The translations under genes were made by a program, and so were the position numbers. The notes under the pieces are model-generated. The model saw only the letters and a list, made by a program, of their open reading frames with translations, was not told where the DNA came from and did not search any database. This document shows positions 59,107 through 64,000 of a stretch of 64,000 nt of DNA, piece after piece; the first letter of the stretch is position 1, and the number at the start of each line of letters is the position of its first letter. Source of the stretch: Mobula birostris (taxonomy: Eukaryota); the NCBI RefSeq assembly GCF_030028105.1, contig NC_092374.1, positions 9,042,998 through 9,106,997 on the forward strand. Reading direction: 5' to 3'.

Positions 59107-60414
59107 GATTGAATAGGATAGAACTTTATTCCCTAGAAGGTAGAAGATTGAGGGGAGATTTGATAGAGGAATACAAAATTATAAGGGTATAGATGGGGTA
59201 AATGCAAGCAGGCTTTTTCCACTGAGGTTGGGTGGGATTACAACCAGAGGTCATGGGTTAAGGATGAAAGGTAAAATATTTAATGAGAACAAGAGGGGAA
59301 ACTTCTTCACTCAGAGGGTGGTGATTGTGTGGAGCGAGCTACTAGTGGCAGATGCAATTTCGATGTGAGAGAAGTTTAAGAAAAGTTTATGGATGGGAGG
59401 GGTATGTAGGTGTGGGTGCAGGTTGATTGGACTAGGCAGTATGGACCAGATGGGCCGAAGGGTCTGTTTCTATGCTGTAGCTTTCCAGCAATTGACATTT
59501 TGACCCTGAGAAAACGATATAGGCTGTCTGTATGCCTCTCTTTATCTTAAACCTTTGCCAGACCTCCCCCTATTTGTCCAACCTCCTCTTGCTGCACACT
59601 CCCTCTAATCTAGGCAGTGTCCTGGTAAACCTCTTCTGCATTCTCTCCAAAGCCTCAACATCCTGCCTTGTCAGCAGGAAGGATATCCTTGCAGCAGAGG
59701 GAGTACAACCATTTGACTCCTGTCATGGTGTGGCTCTCCCATGAGGAGAGGTTCAAAGGATATACTTGATAATACACTATTGAGCAAAAGTCTTAAGTGT
59801 ATATATATATATATATAGCTAGGTGACTAAGACCTTTGTACAGTACTGAATTTGACAATGTGGAGCAGAGAGCGAATTTGTAAATCTTGCAGAAGCAAAG
59901 GATGTTGGGAATGGCGCGGGTAGAGCGCCACGGGAGGGGTGTCAGGGAAGGAGTGCAGGGGCGGGGAATGGTGCAGGTGCAGACACACCCAGCCCTACAA
60001 CACCAGGCAAGCTAATTTGATTCCAAACAATTGGTATATTGACCATGACAGAATATCTCTCTGATGTGCTCTGCTCCCTCCTCTCTCCCTTCCCCTTTTC
60101 CCGACCATGATCCCCCTCTCCCTGCCCCCTTCCCACTCTCAGTCCACAATAGAGACTCATATCAGAATCAGGTTTATCATCACTCACATATGTCATGAAA
60201 TTTTTTGTGGCAGCAGTACAGTGCAATACATAAAATTACAGCATTACTGTTATAGATGAGATCTGAAGTCAAGGGTATGAATGAAAAACAGGCATTGTTT
60301 CGCCCTGTCCTTCAGCAAGTGCAAGGATGGAACAGTGATAGGTGTAGTTAGCACCAACAACCATGTGTATATTTTCCTTCATGCACAGCTGTATAAACGC
60401 GATAAGCGATACAC

Positions 60415-61090
60415 TTGCCCCTACGTTTCCTTCCTCACCAACATCAGGGCCCCAAACAGCCCTTTCAGGTGAGGCGATACCTCTTCTTCAGGTCTTTCAG
60501 GGTCGTACTCTGTATCCGGCCTCCCTTGCGTCAGTTGGACCCAAAGCAGATCGGGGAACCACTTTTGATGAACCTTACCGCCACAAAAGACAGGATCTCC
60601 TGGTGGCCCACCATTTCGATTCAACTTCCCATTCCCATTCTGGATGTCAGTCCATGGTTTCCTCTACTGCCCGAAAGAGTCCAAGGTCAGGTTGGAGGAG
60701 CAACACCATATATATTCCATTAACATCTATTTCTCTACTCCAGTATGTTTTTCTTCCTTTCCCTTTCTCTCTTTATCCATTCTCCACTTTTCCTCACCTG
60801 CCCATCTCCTTCCTCTGGTGCCCTTCCTGCTTCCCTTTCTCCCATTGTCCTCTCTCCTTCAGCCCTTTACCTCCCAGATCCTTACTTATTCCCCCTCACC
60901 TGGTCTCACCTACCACCTACCAGCCTGTACTCCTTCTCTTCACCCCACCTTCTTATTCTGGTTCAGCCCCCTTCCTTTCCAGTCCTGATGAAGGGTCTCA
61001 GCCCAGATCGCCGACTGTTCCCCTCCATTGATGCTGCCTGGCCTGCTGAGTTCCTCCAGCATTTTATGTACGTGTTACTGGATTTCCAGC
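60415..61090 (+). mobile_element. Penelope-like element 3' end (GIY-YIG + pLTR, hammerhead core mutated)
   Basis: RQDLLVAHHFDSTSHSHS, HGFLYCPKESKVRLEEQH; agtcctgatgaagggtctcagccc at 60981 lacks GAAA. Confidence 0.82.
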
Positions 61091-61624
61091 AGCTGCAGGA
61101 TCTCTTGTGCGTATGTGAGCCCATTTGACCACACTGTGTGGTGGCCTCCAGCCACCATTTCACACAGATCCAGCTTCATCTCCAGAAGGCAGGAGCTAAA
61201 GGAGGAAGTCAAGTAGCTTTATCACTTCCACTAAATAGCTTGCTATGTGAGATAGTATCTCACCACGCACTGCCGACAGCTTGATCAACAGCACTCTGCT
61301 TGTTCTCTGCTTGGAAGGTGTTAGCTTGTTGTGACTGTGACCTAGTTACTGGAGAAGCTGGTGGATATGAAAGTCTTTATTCAAACAGAATTTCTCTTGG
61401 AGTTCCTCTCAGTAGAGTCTCCCAAACCCCAAACTCAAAGTACATCACATTCTTATACCCTTAAAATCAAGGGTAATGCAGGTGATTCAATACAATTGCA
61501 ATGACATAGTTCACTTCAATATTTTGTGTCTGACAAATAGTTCCTTTGAAGTATATATTTACAACGGAAGTACATTGCAATTGATCAGACACCTCTGAAG
61601 GTTCAAACACCTTTGCTGAGACAA

Positions 61625-62452
61625 CACACATAAAAGTTGCTGGTGAACGCAGCAGGCCAGGCAGCATCTCTAGGAAGAGGTACAGTCGACGTTTCAGGCT
61701 GAGACCTTTCGTCAGGACTAACTGAAGGAAGAGTGAGTAAGGGATTTGAAAGTGGGAGGGGGAGGGGGAGGGGGAGATCCAAAATGATAGGAGAAGACAG
61801 GAGGGGGAGGGATGGAGCCAAGAGCTGGACAGGTGATTGGCAAAAGGGATATGAGAGGATCATGGGACAGGAGGTCCGGGGAGAAAGACAAGGGGGGGGG
61901 GGACCCAGAGGATGGGCAAGGGGAATATTCAGAGGGACAGAGGGAGGAAAAGGAGAGTGAGAGAAAGAATGTGTGTATAAAAATAAGTAACAGATGGGGT
62001 ACGAGGGGGAGGTGGGGCATTAGCGGAAGTTAGAGAAGTCGATGTTCATGCCATCAGGTTGGAGGCTACCCAGACGGAATATAAGGTGTTGTTCCTCCAA
62101 CCTGAGTGTGGTTTGCCCCTTATACCCCTTGCCCATCCTCTGGGTCCCCCCCCCCTTGTTTTTCTTCCCGGACCTCCTGTCCCATGATCCTCTTGTATCC
62201 CTTTTGCCAATCACCTGTCCAGCTCTTGGCTCCATTCCTCCCCCTCCTGTCTTCTCCTATCATTTTGGATCTCCCACTCCCCCTCCAACTTTCAAGTCCC
62301 TTACTCACTCTTCCTTCAGTTAGTCCTGACGAAGGGTCTTGGCCTGAAACGTCGACTGCACCTCTTCCTAGAGATGCTGCCTGGCCTGCTGTGTTCACCA
62401 GCAACTTTTATGTGTGTTGCTTGAATTTCCAGCATCTGCAGACTTCCTGTTG
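61625..62452. mobile_element. Penelope-like insertion with inverted pLTRs and 13-bp TSD
   Basis: About 300-bp inverted arms (about 61625-61925 and 62120-62420) around a GIY-YIG remnant. TSD tttgctgagacaa at 61612-24 and 62453-65. Confidence 0.9.
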
Positions 62453-62904
62453 TTTGCTGAGACAAGCTAATTTACACAGATGGTCTAAAAATGTCTGAAG
62501 ACAGAGAGATAATTCGCCCAAGATAGCTGTTGTGAAGGCTGCATCTACGACGATCTCCCAACTATTCATATCAGACACTTAATGTGCTAAGTGATAACAT
62601 CAGTGGATTGCAAGCTTCCTTGAACTTGTTAAAATGATGCAAATAACTTAGCCCATAATTGCATGGTTTGCTGATGCATGAGAATATCTCATGGTCACTT
62701 CTCTTTGTAAACTAGCTGGCCCCCTGTTGTGTGCTAATTTGTGCCTTGTGCTCCACAAACAGTACTGTTTAGTTTCAAAGCTGTTCCTTTAACTTCAAAC
62801 TGATCACTGCTTGCAAATTACAATAAGAACTGAAGACTGGTTCTCATTTGAATTAATATCTGATGCATTTATAATTCTATAATTACTCAATAATATCTAA
62901 CAAG

Positions 62905-63615
62905 CTCGTGGGACACCACAGAGAAACAAGAGGAGAGCTCTATAGCAAAGAAAGCCTAGCAGCGTCTCTACTTTCTGCGAAGGCTGAGAAAAGTCCATCT
63001 TCCACCCCCCGCCCCCATCCTCACCACATTCTACAGAGGTTATATTGAGAGCATCCTGAGCAGCTGCATCACTGCCTGGTTCGGAAATCTCGGATCGCAA
63101 GACCCTGCAGCAGATAGTGAGGTCAGCTGAGAAGATCATCGGGGTCTCTCTTCCCGCCATTACAGACATTTACACCACACACTGCATCCGTAAAGCCAAC
63201 AGCATTGTGAAGGACCCCACGCACCCCTCATACAAACTCTTCTCCCTCCTGCCATCTGGCAAAAGGCACCGAAGCATTCAGGCTCTCACGACCAGACTAT
63301 GTAACAGTTTCTTCCCACAAGCCATCAAACTCCTCAATACCCAGAGCCTGGCTTGACAACAACCTACTGCCCTCTACTGTGCCTATTGTCTTGTTTATTA
63401 TTTATTGTAATGCCTGCACTGTGTTGTGCACTTTATGCACTCCTGGATAGGACTGTAGTCTTGCAGTTTTTGTGTTTTTTCTTACGTAGTTCAGTGTAGT
63501 TTTTGTATTGTTCATGTAGCACCATGGTCCTGGAAAACGTTGTCTCATCTTTACTATGTTCTGTACCAGCAGTTATGGTTGAAATGACAATAAAAAGTGA
63601 CTTGACTTGACTTGC
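62905..63615 (+). mobile_element. Rex1 3' fragment with (TGACT)n tail
   Basis: RSAEKIIGVSLP...KDPTHPSYKLFSLLPSGKR...NSFFPQAIKLLN; aataaaaagtgacttgacttgacttg. Confidence 0.88.
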
Positions 63616-63896
63616 GATCTTAAAGGGAGCAAAAGGAGGATTAGTAAGAGAATACTCCAATGAATTGTTAGGAAAGATATTATCCTACAAGAGTAAGAAC
63701 TCCTCCACACAAGCTTTAAGACTGAACCAGAATCAGGTTTATTATCACCAGCATGTGGCGTGAAATTTGTTAACTTAGCAGCAGCAGTTCAATGTAATAC
63801 ATAATCTAGCAGAGAGAAAAAAATAAAAATAATAATAATAAGCAAACAAGCAAATCAATTACGTATATTGAATAGAATTTTTAAAATGTGCAAACG

Positions 63897-64000
63897 GTTT
63901 CAGACGGTCTCAGCCTGAGCACACACCCCTCAGCATCAGCGGCTCCACAGTGGAGAGAGTGGAAAACATTAAGTTCCTTGTGGTGCAGATCTCGGACAAT
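63897..64000 (+). mobile_element. Rex1 fragment, near-identical to the reverse complement of 24981-25078; runs off the window
   Basis: Identical except for a 2-nt (ag) difference. Confidence 0.88.

Overview
Eukaryotic genomic DNA that is very rich in repeats. The repeat landscape (CR1, Rex1, L1, Penelope-like elements with hammerhead pLTRs, V-SINE-like tRNA SINEs) points to a cartilaginous fish, probably a ray; this is an inference. Most of the window is nested retroelement debris. Threaded through it on the + strand is one immunoglobulin-superfamily receptor gene, which I reconstructed exon by exon from splice signals and intron phases. Exons: signal peptide 5250-5298, V1 9992-10372, V2 13273-13635, C2+TM 19035-19388. 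These are followed by small cytoplasmic exons at 23471-23542, 32944-33033, 41507-41578, 43132-43209, 48584-48655 and 51528-51574, and a probable terminal exon at 58969-59106. The ectodomain is clearly Siglec-15-like. However, every V domain lacks the sialic-acid-binding Arg and the TM lacks the DAP12-pairing Lys. The tail is a chain of duplicated, frame-preserving exons, each carrying one Tyr motif (IYSIV, LYSNA, VYSIV, LYSKV, IYATV, IYAE). An internal V-C2 duplication has decayed reciprocally (pseudo-C2 at 14079, pseudo-V at 17968). A diverged segmental duplicate at the left end carries a frameshifted tail exon of an upstream paralog. Notable mobile-element features: a Mag-like Gypsy element with a self-complementary PBS in a three-level nest, a HERO-like RLE retroelement, and several minimal hammerhead ribozymes. 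No rRNA, true tRNA or CRISPR features were found. The 3' end of the gene is unresolved, and TE boundaries are approximate.
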